64,000 nucleotides of DNA from Longimicrobiales bacterium (GTDB lineage Bacteria > Gemmatimonadota > Gemmatimonadetes > Longimicrobiales > Gaopeijiaceae). The notes beneath the pieces were generated by a model. It searched no databases and had not been told where the DNA came from. It saw nothing but the letters and a program-made list of their open reading frames with translations. A program made the translations under genes and the position numbers. Position 1 is the stretch's first letter. Each line of letters opens with the position of its first letter. The stretch is from contig CBDDCX010000006.1 of assembly GCA_965226375.1 (NCBI GenBank), forward strand, positions 224,001-288,000, in the 5' to 3' direction. Shown piece after piece: positions 9,020 to 17,904 of the stretch.

Positions 9020-9141
9020 GTTTAACACTGGGCCCCCGGCTCGGGGCGCTGTAGGCGGCCCTCGACCCAACCGGCCCAAACGAGCGGGCTTCCCTCAGCG
9101 CATGTGGCTGCGGTTGCGGAGCACTACGTTCGTCAGGGCCG
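9020..9141 (+). repeat. attC-like site 4, right arm truncated or degenerate
   Basis: GTTTAAC-ACT-GGGCCCCCG-GCTCGGG...CCCTCGACCC-AACCGGCCC; right arm stops after GGGCCG (9136-9141). Confidence 0.75.
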
Positions 9142-9279
9142 CTCCGCTCGATCCGAGGGTGTTACCGGGAGTTGCCCGGTCTCCACCTGCCCCAGTATTG
9201 TCCTGCCGTGGATCCGCCCACAGGCCGCGCGCCTGTCGGATCCCTGAAAGCGGATCGCCACTCGAGAAGGAAGACGGTC

Positions 9280-11382
9280 ATGGGGAACGACGCTCGCCTC
9301 CAGCCTTGCCGCCGGTCTTGTCACCGGCCTTGTAGGCTCTCTTTCGTCCTCCTGACGCTGACGGCGTTGGGGTTCTTGTTCTCACCGACATCCGCGCAGG
9401 CTCAAGGCTCCGGCGTCGAGGACGGACAATGGACCTACCTCGGCGGGGACGCGGGGCATACACGCTACCAGCCCTCGGACCAGATCAACGCTTCGAACTT
9501 CGAGGACCTGGAAGTGGCGTGGCAGTGGGACGCCTCGAGCTTCGGCCCCAGCACGTCCCGCGCGACTCCGACCTACGTGGACGGCAAGCTCATCACCGTC
9601 ACAGGAGACCGGCGGCACGTGGTCGCGCTCGATCCGGCGACCGGTGAGTTGCTGTGGAGCTACTCCGAGCCGAAGACGGCGCGCTTCGAGTATTCCATGC
9701 GAAAGGGCTACGGGAAGGGCATCACGTTCGCCGAGGTCGACGGGCGAGGCGTCGTCTTCATTACGAGTCCCGCCTTCTTCCTGCACGCAATCGACGCCGA
9801 GACAGGATTGCCGCTCGAGAACTGGGGCTCGCCGGTCCCGATCGACGGGTTCCCCGCGACGGGCGTGGTGGACCTGATTCCGCCGCTGGTCGAGGACTGG
9901 GGCCCGTGGTTCCAGAACAACCAGCCCTACGATCCCGACCAGGGGATTCCTCTGGAGCTGGGCTACATCACGTCGTCGTCGCCGCCCATCGTCGTGGATG
10001 ACGTGATCGTGGTGGGTAACTCTGCGGAGCAGGGCTACAACCAGACCCGTGTCGAGATGGTTCCGGGCGACATCCTCGCTTTCGACGCCCGGACCGGGAA
10101 CATGAAGTGGAAGTTCCACATCATCCCGAAGCCGGGTGAGTTCGGTCATGAGACCTGGGAGAACGACGCCTGGACGTATACCGGAGACGTCTCTTCGTGG
10201 GCCCCCATCTCGGCCGATCCCGAGCTCGGACTCGTCTACATCCCGACCAACGGTGCGACGATCGACTACTACGGCGGTTTCCACCCGGGTGACAACCTGT
10301 TCAGCACGAGCCTCATCGCCCTGAACGCTCAGACCGGCGAGCGCGTGTGGCACCAGCAGCTCGTGCGCCACGACATCTGGAACTACGACACGCCCACGGC
10401 GCCCGTCCTCATGGACGTGACGGTGGATGGCGAGACGATCCCGGGAATCTTCCAGATTACCAAGCAGTCGTTCGTGTACTCCTTCAACCGCGAGACGGGC
10501 GAGCCCATCTGGCCCATGGAGGACACGCCGGTGCCGCAGTCGAACGTGCCGGGTGAGCAGCTCGCGGCCACGCAGCCGTTCCCGACCAAACCCGCGCCCT
10601 TCGACCTCCAGGGGCGTACCGAGAAGCACCTGATCGACTACTCACCCGAGGTCAAGCAGAGTGTCCTCGAGTACGCACGCGAGAACGACTTCTTCACGCC
10701 GTTCTTCGCTCCCCCGACCCATCGGGGGAACCCGCAGGGTGTCGGCCCCGCGCTCGTGTGTCCAGGCGGGGGTGGCGGCGCGAACATCTACAGCCCGGCC
10801 GTGGCGGATCCCCGGGAGGGTATCCTCTTCGTCGCGTCGAGTAGCGGGTGCTCCGAAGCGGGGTTGGTGCCCGGTCTCGGAAACTCGATGGACGGCCCCC
10901 ATCAGACCGGAAAGACGCATTCCGATTTTGCGCGCGCCATGGAGTGGCGAGGCGGGCCTCGCGCCGACCTGGCCAAGCTCGACGGCCTCTCGATCTGGAA
11001 GGGGCCTGTGGGGCGGATCTCGGCCATCGACATGAACACGGGTGAATACCTGTGGGTGATCCCCAACGGAGACGCGTCGGAGTCGGAGCAGGAGACGATC
11101 AGGAATCATCCGCTGCTTCAGGGCGTCGAGGGCGTGCCGACCAACCCGGGCCGCCGGGGGCACGCCGTCATGGTGGCCACGCCCACCTTGCTCATCGCGT
11201 CGGGAACGAGCAGCGACGGGACGCCCCAGCTCTATGCGATCGACAAGCATACGGGCGAACGGCTCGGAGCGGTCGAGATCCCGGGCCCGACCCGCTACGG
11301 CATGTCGAGCTGGGTGCACGAGGGCAAACAGTACGTGATGGTCCAGCTCTCGGATGGGCTGGCCGCGATGGCGTTGCCATAG
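9280..11382 (+). CDS. Secreted PQQ-binding beta-propeller protein (quinoprotein glucose dehydrogenase-like)
   Basis: Signal peptide ending AQA; W.YLGGDAGHTRY, ADPELGLVYIPT, PGDNLFSTS, HDIWNYDTP motifs. Confidence 0.85.
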   Translation: MGNDARLQPCRRSCHRPCRLSFVLLTLTALGFLFSPTSAQAQGSGVEDGQWTYLGGDAGHTRYQPSDQINASNFEDLEVAWQWDASSFGPSTSRATPTYVDGKLITVTGDRRHVVALDPATGELLWSYSEPKTARFEYSMRKGYGKGITFAEVDGRGVVFITSPAFFLHAIDAETGLPLENWGSPVPIDGFPATGVVDLIPPLVEDWGPWFQNNQPYDPDQGIPLELGYITSSSPPIVVDDVIVVGNSAEQGYNQTRVEMVPGDILAFDARTGNMKWKFHIIPKPGEFGHETWENDAWTYTGDVSSWAPISADPELGLVYIPTNGATIDYYGGFHPGDNLFSTSLIALNAQTGERVWHQQLVRHDIWNYDTPTAPVLMDVTVDGETIPGIFQITKQSFVYSFNRETGEPIWPMEDTPVPQSNVPGEQLAATQPFPTKPAPFDLQGRTEKHLIDYSPEVKQSVLEYARENDFFTPFFAPPTHRGNPQGVGPALVCPGGGGGANIYSPAVADPREGILFVASSSGCSEAGLVPGLGNSMDGPHQTGKTHSDFARAMEWRGGPRADLAKLDGLSIWKGPVGRISAIDMNTGEYLWVIPNGDASESEQETIRNHPLLQGVEGVPTNPGRRGHAVMVATPTLLIASGTSSDGTPQLYAIDKHTGERLGAVEIPGPTRYGMSSWVHEGKQYVMVQLSDGLAAMALP

Positions 11383-11438
11383 GGGCCGTCGCAGGACCGC
11401 TCCCCTAAGGGAGCACTAGGTAGGGATTTCCAGGTAGC

Positions 11439-11465
11439 GCGGGCCTCCTTCGGGGGGCCCGCTTT
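11439..11465. terminator. Hairpin terminator between convergent genes
   Basis: GCGGGCCTCC-TTCG-GGGGGCCCGC followed by a short T run. Confidence 0.6.
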
Positions 11466-11469
11466 GCGA

Positions 11470-11712
11470 TCAGGCGTTGGGCACGCAGGCGCAGCCGGAG
11501 CCACACCTCTGCATGGCTTGGCTCCCACCCGAACGCGCGAGCGGTACCGGCGCGCTCATGATCCTCTCGACGGGGGAGTCGGCGGGTGTGCTACCCGGAT
11601 CGTGTCCAGCGAGTTGAGAGACTTCACCCCACGTCTCCAAACGCTCGTTCATCCCATGGCGAACCTCGACTGTGTGCCCGTTCGAGGTGCAGTGGTATTC
11701 GTAGTGTGGCAT
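11470..11712 (-). CDS. FmdB-like zinc-ribbon small protein
   Basis: MPHYEYHC..NGH.VEV.H.M start and C-terminal CGSGCAC. Confidence 0.75.
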   Translation of the reverse strand: MPHYEYHCTSNGHTVEVRHGMNERLETWGEVSQLAGHDPGSTPADSPVERIMSAPVPLARSGGSQAMQRCGSGCACVPNA

Positions 11713-11851
11713 GCGGTACTCCCTTGCTGGCTTGCCATCAATTGTAAGCAAGCTCCAATGCCTCGAACATGCCTACGGCCTCCCCAACCTCGAGGATCCG
11801 ATCCCGTCGGAGCTCTCCCGCCCGGCTTGGAGGGATCGACGAGTTATGGGG

Positions 11852-14800
11852 TCAAGCCGCCTTCCCCGCCGCCGCCCCTCCATACCGCAGGAACAACACG
11901 GGCACCACCACCATGTTCAGGGCCAAGGACGTGAGGATGCCACCCAGCACCACGACCGCCATCGGACTCTGGATCTCGTTGCCCGGCTCTCCCCCGGACA
12001 AGGCCAGGGGTAGTAGGGCGAGTCCTGCGGTGAGCGCCGTCATCATGATCGGGCTCAGCCGCTCCATCGAGCCCTGGATCACCGCTCCGCGAAGTTGCGC
12101 GCCCTGCTCCAGTAGGTGGTTGTAGTGGCTCACCATGAGAATCCCGTTCCGGATGGCGATTCCGAAGAGTGTGATGAAGCCCACCAGCGTCGCGACGTTG
12201 AGCACGCCGTCCGTAATCCACACGGCGAGCACGCCGCCCACCAGGGCCAGCGGCAGATTCACCATGACGAGGAGAACCTGCCGTAGGGATCCGAACTCGA
12301 CGAAGAGAAGCAGGAAGATGGCCACCAGGGACAGCAGGCTCATGAGCCCGATGGTCTGGGTGGCCTCACCCGCGGCCTCGAACTGACCTCCGTACTCGAT
12401 GTAGTAACCCGACGGCAGGTCGACCTCGGCCCGCACTCGCTCCCGAATGTCCTCCACGACGCTGCCCACATCCCGGCCGGCCACATTGGACTGGACCACG
12501 ATCTTGCGTTGAACGTCCTCGCGGGAGATGGAGTTGGGACCCAGGTCGAAGCGGACGTCGGCCAGCGTCCTCAATGTGACGAACGATCCGACTGGGGTGC
12601 TGACCCGCGCATCGCGGACGGCCTCGAGGCTCCCCCTGTACTCCGGCGCGAAGCGGACCACGAGGTCGAACGCCCGTCTCTCCTCGAGGATCTGAGAGAC
12701 CGCCTCTCCGGCGAACGCGACGTCGATGGCTTCAGCCAGGTGTGCGGGTGTTACGCCGAAGCGCGCCATGGAAGGCCGGTTCATGTCCACGCGGATTTGG
12801 GGGACGTCCGCCTGTTGTTCCATGGCGACATCCACCGTGCCTTCGACTTCACCAGCGAGTGCCTCCACCTCCTTGGCCAGTCGTCTCAGCTCGTAGAGGT
12901 CGGGTCCGAAGATCTTCACTGCGATGCTCGCCCGCGTTCCCGACAGCATGTGGTCGATCCGGTGGCCGATGGGCTGACCGATCGTGATCTGGGTGCCCGG
13001 CACGGCGGCCAGATCTGCGCGGATCTCCTCCAGGATCACGTCGTAGTCGTAGTCGGCCAGGTCGAGGCGCGCGTCGATCTCGGCGGCGTTGACCCCCTGT
13101 GCGTGTTCGTCCAGCTCGGCTCGGCCGGTGCGGCGAGCCGTCTCCACGACGGCGGGGTGAGCGAGCAGAATCTGCTCGATCCTCTGACCCAGGGCGTCGG
13201 ACTCGTCGAGTGACGTTCCGGGAATGGTCAGCGCGCTGATCACCAGTGAGCCTTCCTGGAATTCCGGCAGAAAGGAGCGGCCCAGGAACGGGAGCACCGC
13301 CAACGATCCGATCGCAAGCGCTGCGGCTGAGGTCATGACCAGCCCTGGATGCTGGAGAACGCGCTCCAACGTCGCCGCGTAAGCCCGCTTGAGTCTTCTG
13401 ACGATCCAGGTCTCCTCGTCCTTCTCAACGGCCTTCGATCGAGACAGGAGATAGGCGGACAGAGCCGGTGTGACGGTGAGCGCCACGACCAGAGACGCGA
13501 GGATCGAGACGATGTAGGCCAATCCGAGGGGGCGAAGCATGCGGCCCTCGATGCCCGAGAGGAAGAGGATCGGTACGAACACCACGATGATGATGAGCGT
13601 GGCGATGACGATGCTGGTCAGGATCTCCTTGGACGCGTCGAAGACCACCGTGTTGACCGGTCGTCGTTCCTCCGGGGGCACCTGACCATTCTGTCTCAGG
13701 CGCCTGAACACGTTCTCGACCACAATCACGGCATCGTCTACGAGTGCCCCGATCGCGATGGCCATGCCGCCCAAGGTCATCGTGTTGATCGTGATGTCCA
13801 TCATCTTCAGCACGAACACCGCGGTGATCAGCGAGAGCGGGATGGCCACCACCGAGATGAAGGTCGTGCGGACGCTCCAGAGGAACAGGAACAGGATGAG
13901 GATGACGAGGAGGGCTCCGTCGCGCAGCGCCGACATGACGTTGTCCACGGCCGTGGATATGAAGTCGGCTTGGCGGAAGATGCCGCGGTTGATCTCCATC
14001 CCGGCCGGGAGACTCGCCTCGATGTCGGCCAGCTCCTGGTCGATCCGTTCTGTGAGTTCCAGGGTGTTCGTGTTCGGTTGTTTCTGCACCGTGAGGATGA
14101 CGGCACGGTTGGCGTTGGCCGATCCGTCACCGAGACGGGTGGCGGCCCCAATGGTGACTCGGGCTACGTCACCGATGGTGACGGGTGTGCCCTCTCGCAC
14201 GGCCAACACGGTCTGCGCGATGTCGTCGAGGTCCTGAACACGTCCGGTCGCACGGATCAGGTACTCCTGTCCCCGGTCCATGAACACTCCACCGGACGCG
14301 TTCACGTTGGACCCTTCGGCCGCCCGCAACACGTCTTCGAGTGTGACGTCGAAGGCCTCCAGCCGAAGAGGGTCTACCAGGATCTGGTACTGCTTGACCT
14401 CGCCCCCGAGGGGCACGACCTGGGCGACTCCGGGCACCGCCAAGAGCCGGCGGCGAATCGTCCAGTCCGCCACGGAACGCATGTCCATGGGGGACACGGA
14501 GGCGTCCCCCGTCACCGCGATGAGCATGATCTCGCCCATGATGGACGAGATCGGGGCCAATGTGGGGGTCCCCACCCCGCCGGGGAGGCCCGCCGATACC
14601 AGCTGAAGCTTCTCGTTCACGATCTGGCGGGCCCGGAAGATGTCGGTGCCCCAATCGAACTCCACCCAGACGATGCTGATCCCTTGTGAAGTGGCGGAGC
14701 GGACCCGGCGCACGCCGGTAGCGCCGTTCACCGCCGTCTCGACCGGGAAGGTGACGAGCGTCTCCACCTCTTCGGGTGCCATGCCGTGGGCTTCCGTGAG

Positions 14801-14953
14801 GATCGTCACGGTGGGGGCCGTCAGATCCGGAAAGACGTCCACGGGCATGCGGACAGCGGTAATCGTTCCGGCCACCAGAAGAAGGCCGGCGGCGACCATC
14901 ACCAAGAGGGGATTGTCGATGGACCAGCGAATCAGACGGTCTAACATCGTCAT
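11852..14953 (-). CDS. Heavy-metal efflux RND permease (CzcA/CusA family)
   Basis: MPVDVFPDL, EEVETLVTFPVE, GALVDDAVIVVEN, ERLSPIMMTAL; 1033 aa. Confidence 0.95.
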   Translation of the reverse strand: MTMLDRLIRWSIDNPLLVMVAAGLLLVAGTITAVRMPVDVFPDLTAPTVTILTEAHGMAPEEVETLVTFPVETAVNGATGVRRVRSATSQGISIVWVEFDWGTDIFRARQIVNEKLQLVSAGLPGGVGTPTLAPISSIMGEIMLIAVTGDASVSPMDMRSVADWTIRRRLLAVPGVAQVVPLGGEVKQYQILVDPLRLEAFDVTLEDVLRAAEGSNVNASGGVFMDRGQEYLIRATGRVQDLDDIAQTVLAVREGTPVTIGDVARVTIGAATRLGDGSANANRAVILTVQKQPNTNTLELTERIDQELADIEASLPAGMEINRGIFRQADFISTAVDNVMSALRDGALLVILILFLFLWSVRTTFISVVAIPLSLITAVFVLKMMDITINTMTLGGMAIAIGALVDDAVIVVENVFRRLRQNGQVPPEERRPVNTVVFDASKEILTSIVIATLIIIVVFVPILFLSGIEGRMLRPLGLAYIVSILASLVVALTVTPALSAYLLSRSKAVEKDEETWIVRRLKRAYAATLERVLQHPGLVMTSAAALAIGSLAVLPFLGRSFLPEFQEGSLVISALTIPGTSLDESDALGQRIEQILLAHPAVVETARRTGRAELDEHAQGVNAAEIDARLDLADYDYDVILEEIRADLAAVPGTQITIGQPIGHRIDHMLSGTRASIAVKIFGPDLYELRRLAKEVEALAGEVEGTVDVAMEQQADVPQIRVDMNRPSMARFGVTPAHLAEAIDVAFAGEAVSQILEERRAFDLVVRFAPEYRGSLEAVRDARVSTPVGSFVTLRTLADVRFDLGPNSISREDVQRKIVVQSNVAGRDVGSVVEDIRERVRAEVDLPSGYYIEYGGQFEAAGEATQTIGLMSLLSLVAIFLLLFVEFGSLRQVLLVMVNLPLALVGGVLAVWITDGVLNVATLVGFITLFGIAIRNGILMVSHYNHLLEQGAQLRGAVIQGSMERLSPIMMTALTAGLALLPLALSGGEPGNEIQSPMAVVVLGGILTSLALNMVVVPVLFLRYGGAAAGKAA

Positions 14954-14957
14954 CCCC

Positions 14958-16493
14958 TCAGTGTGTGTGGCCGCCGGCGAAGTCGCCGCCGGACAGTGAG
15001 GCGAGTCGCACCTGATAGGCGCCTACGGTCACAGCCATCTCCCCCAGGCTGAGCCCTGCCAGCACCTGGGTTCGGGTGCCGTCGCGTGCCCCCAGCGTGA
15101 GGATTCGGCGTACGAAGGTCTCACCGCCGGTCTGCACGTAGGCCACCGGAGTCCCGTTGTCATCCAGGATGGACTCGTTGGGCATGGCGATGCCCCGCAC
15201 CACCCCGCCGATGGGCACAGTCGCTCGGGCCAACTGGCCGTACGTGAACCGTTCGCCGGCCTCTTTCACCTCGAACACGACGGGTACGGTCCGCGTCTGA
15301 GGGTTCATGACGTTCCCCGCCGACAGAAGTCGGGATGTGTGGAAGACATCGTCCGAGTCCTCCGTGGTGAACGTGGCCGGTGCGGCGTCGTCGGCCTGCG
15401 CTGCCGTCGCGGCAGACATCTGGACCCGGAGCCACGCCGTCCGGGGATCCACGATGGTGAAGAGCGGCTCGCCCGCGTCCACTCGTCCGCCGGGCAGGAA
15501 GCTGCGCCTGGCGATCACCCCCGAGATGGGAGCCCGCAGACTCAGCCGGTAGGCGCCGTCGGTCGCCCCGCCCATCGCATCCAGTTCGGCACGTGCGATC
15601 TCCAGGTCGTGACGGGCCTCTTCGAGGCGCTTGCCGGCGATGGCCCCGGCGGCAAAGAGCCGCTCGCTCCGCTCCACCTCTCGTTGGAGTCGCTCCACCT
15701 GCCCGCGAGACTGCGCGAACCCGCCGCCCTGAGCGGTGGGAGCGAGGATGACGAGGATCTGACCCTCCCGGATCCGCTCTCCTACCGATGGGGCGTCGCG
15801 GTTCTCATCTGCGGGTGCGATCCCGTCCACCAGCGCGCTCACTTCGACCAGCGCACCATCGGGCGGCACGACCTCGGCGGGACTCGTGACGGTCCGCTGC
15901 ACATCGTGCTCCGCCACCGCGTGGACTTCGAAGGGGATCACCCACTGCTGTTCCTTCAAGAAGCCGATCCCGCCTTCATCTTCAGCCGCCTCCACGCCCA
16001 GAGCCTCCTCGAGGCTCGCGTGAACCCGCACCTGGGTGAGAACATGCCGGCTGTTCACCTGGGGGCTCGTGAGGGCCAGCTCCACACGGTAGACGCCGGG
16101 CTGGCGCAGCACCGGATCCAAGAGGAAGATCCCGTCCCGAGCCGGAGCATCGACCTGGAACGTCTGGGCCCCGCCCTGGTCACTGATGAAGTCGACCGTC
16201 AGGGTTCCCGAGCGAATGGGCTTGAAGTCCTCCATGTCGGTCAGGTGGATGGCCCAGTTACCGGTCCGCTCCCCTGCGACCACGAGGGGATACTCCAGGA
16301 ACAGCTCAGTGGAGTCGTTCCACTGAGTGACCACGACCGCGCCGATCTCCGGTTCCAGCGCGGCCTCCGTGTTGGTGCAGGCGCTGGCCGCTAGAACCGC
16401 CGCGCTCGCCCCGGCGATCGTCATCATGGACCGGGCACCAACTCTCGCGGCGATCATCGCCGTGAACCGGGAAACAACTCTCCTGGCGATCAT
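14958..16493 (-). CDS. RND efflux periplasmic adaptor (CzcB/CusB-like), lipoprotein
   Basis: Lipobox LAASAC, ELFLEYP, LRAPISGVI, TRTVPVVFEV, C-terminal GGHTH. Confidence 0.9.
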   Translation of the reverse strand: MIARRVVSRFTAMIAARVGARSMMTIAGASAAVLAASACTNTEAALEPEIGAVVVTQWNDSTELFLEYPLVVAGERTGNWAIHLTDMEDFKPIRSGTLTVDFISDQGGAQTFQVDAPARDGIFLLDPVLRQPGVYRVELALTSPQVNSRHVLTQVRVHASLEEALGVEAAEDEGGIGFLKEQQWVIPFEVHAVAEHDVQRTVTSPAEVVPPDGALVEVSALVDGIAPADENRDAPSVGERIREGQILVILAPTAQGGGFAQSRGQVERLQREVERSERLFAAGAIAGKRLEEARHDLEIARAELDAMGGATDGAYRLSLRAPISGVIARRSFLPGGRVDAGEPLFTIVDPRTAWLRVQMSAATAAQADDAAPATFTTEDSDDVFHTSRLLSAGNVMNPQTRTVPVVFEVKEAGERFTYGQLARATVPIGGVVRGIAMPNESILDDNGTPVAYVQTGGETFVRRILTLGARDGTRTQVLAGLSLGEMAVTVGAYQVRLASLSGGDFAGGHTH

Positions 16494-17815
16494 CGTCCGT
16501 TCTCCGTCGAAGTCGTCTCTCGTGCGGGGGGCGTCTCGAAGCCACCCACCGCCCGTGCGAGGTCATAGTAGGCGGTCCACAGGTCCGCCTTGAGTCGTGC
16601 CTCGGCGGCTTTAGCGTCCCAGAGGGCCTCGGCGGCGTCCAGCAGTTGCACCAGATCCATCTCCCCGGCGTCGTATGCCACCTGGGCGATCTGTAGGAGG
16701 TCCGGGTACTCGTCCAACCCGCTCTCACCGAGGAGTTCGTTGAGGCCGCGGAGGCTTCGGTAGGACTCGATCGCTCCTCGCAGATCGTTCTCGATCTGGC
16801 GTGAGGTCAGTGCGAGACGCTCCTCGGCGGAGCGGACCTGCGCCTCTGTGGCCTCTACGGCCCCAGCGCTCCGATCGAACAGGGGAAGAGGGAGGGACAG
16901 ACCCAGATAAAGGCCGCGAAAGCCGTCGGACTGCCGCTTGGAGCCGCCTATGGCGGTGATGTCGGGAATCCGTTCCGCTCGAGCGAGACGGACCCCCGCC
17001 CGAGCCGCCTCCACCTCTGCGCGCGCCGCCGCGATCTCCTGTCGCCTGGCGACCGCACCGTCGAGCAGCAAGTCCAGGGCCGGCTCGGAGGGTGAATCAC
17101 CGAGTGGGTCCGCTGGGGCCGCCTCTGCGGACTCTGCCTCGGGGAGAATCAAGATGGCCAAGGCTCGTCGGGTGGCCGACACGGCCAATCGAGCCTCGGC
17201 CAGCAGGCTCACGTACCGTGTGCGCTCCACGACCAGGCGCCGGAGGTCGAAGAGGGAGATGTCTCCTTCCGCCTCTCGCACCACGGCCCGTTGGGCACCC
17301 TGCCGGAAGACCTCGGTGACTCGCTCGGTCACGGCGAGGCGCGTCTCCGCCGTGGCCGCTTCTACGAAGGCGTGTTTCACGGCGAAGCCGAGGCGTGCAC
17401 TGTCGGCTCGCAACCGTGCCTCAGTGGCTCCTAGGACCCGATTCGCCACCGCACTTCGGGCGTTGCGCTCACCTGGAAGCTCGAAGCGTTGGCTGAGGTT
17501 CACATAGGTCTCGGAGTAGTCTTGGCCATCCCTGGACAGCGGTTCGTGTGTGACGCTGGCCGTCGGGTTTGGAAAGGCAGTCGCCTGCCGGGCGAGGCCC
17601 GCCGCCTCCGCCCGCCTGCTGCGTGCGAGGCGCAGTTCCAGGTTGTTCGTGGCGAAGAGCTGGAGGGCCTCCTCCATGCTCACGCGCCTCGTGGCTTCCT
17701 GGGCGGCTACCGTGGTGGGCCGGCTACCGAGGGTTGTCACCAGCAGAAGGGCGGCCACCAGCAGTGGGGTCTTGGTTGTATCGTGCACGAGCATGACTCC
17801 GGTATGTGTGCCCAT
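16490..17815 (-). CDS. TolC/CzcC-family outer membrane efflux protein
   Basis: Signal peptide; FPNP, LSLPLPLFDR, AYDAGEMDLVQLLDA motifs; first gene of the efflux operon. Confidence 0.9.
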   Translation of the reverse strand: MGTHTGVMLVHDTTKTPLLVAALLLVTTLGSRPTTVAAQEATRRVSMEEALQLFATNNLELRLARSRRAEAAGLARQATAFPNPTASVTHEPLSRDGQDYSETYVNLSQRFELPGERNARSAVANRVLGATEARLRADSARLGFAVKHAFVEAATAETRLAVTERVTEVFRQGAQRAVVREAEGDISLFDLRRLVVERTRYVSLLAEARLAVSATRRALAILILPEAESAEAAPADPLGDSPSEPALDLLLDGAVARRQEIAAARAEVEAARAGVRLARAERIPDITAIGGSKRQSDGFRGLYLGLSLPLPLFDRSAGAVEATEAQVRSAEERLALTSRQIENDLRGAIESYRSLRGLNELLGESGLDEYPDLLQIAQVAYDAGEMDLVQLLDAAEALWDAKAAEARLKADLWTAYYDLARAVGGFETPPARETTSTENGR

Positions 17816-17904
17816 TCGGCGCCACCTCGGTGAAGGGGGTGCCGACGCATCGGTTGTCTTGGGGCAATACGGATCGCGTTCCGGGCGCCGGAAGACGCTC
17901 GGAA

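Noticed and set aside
4048..9141. CRISPR array interpretation of the repeated sites
   Set aside because: Repeats are ~155-bp palindromes separated by whole genes (over 1 kb), and there are no cas genes in the window.
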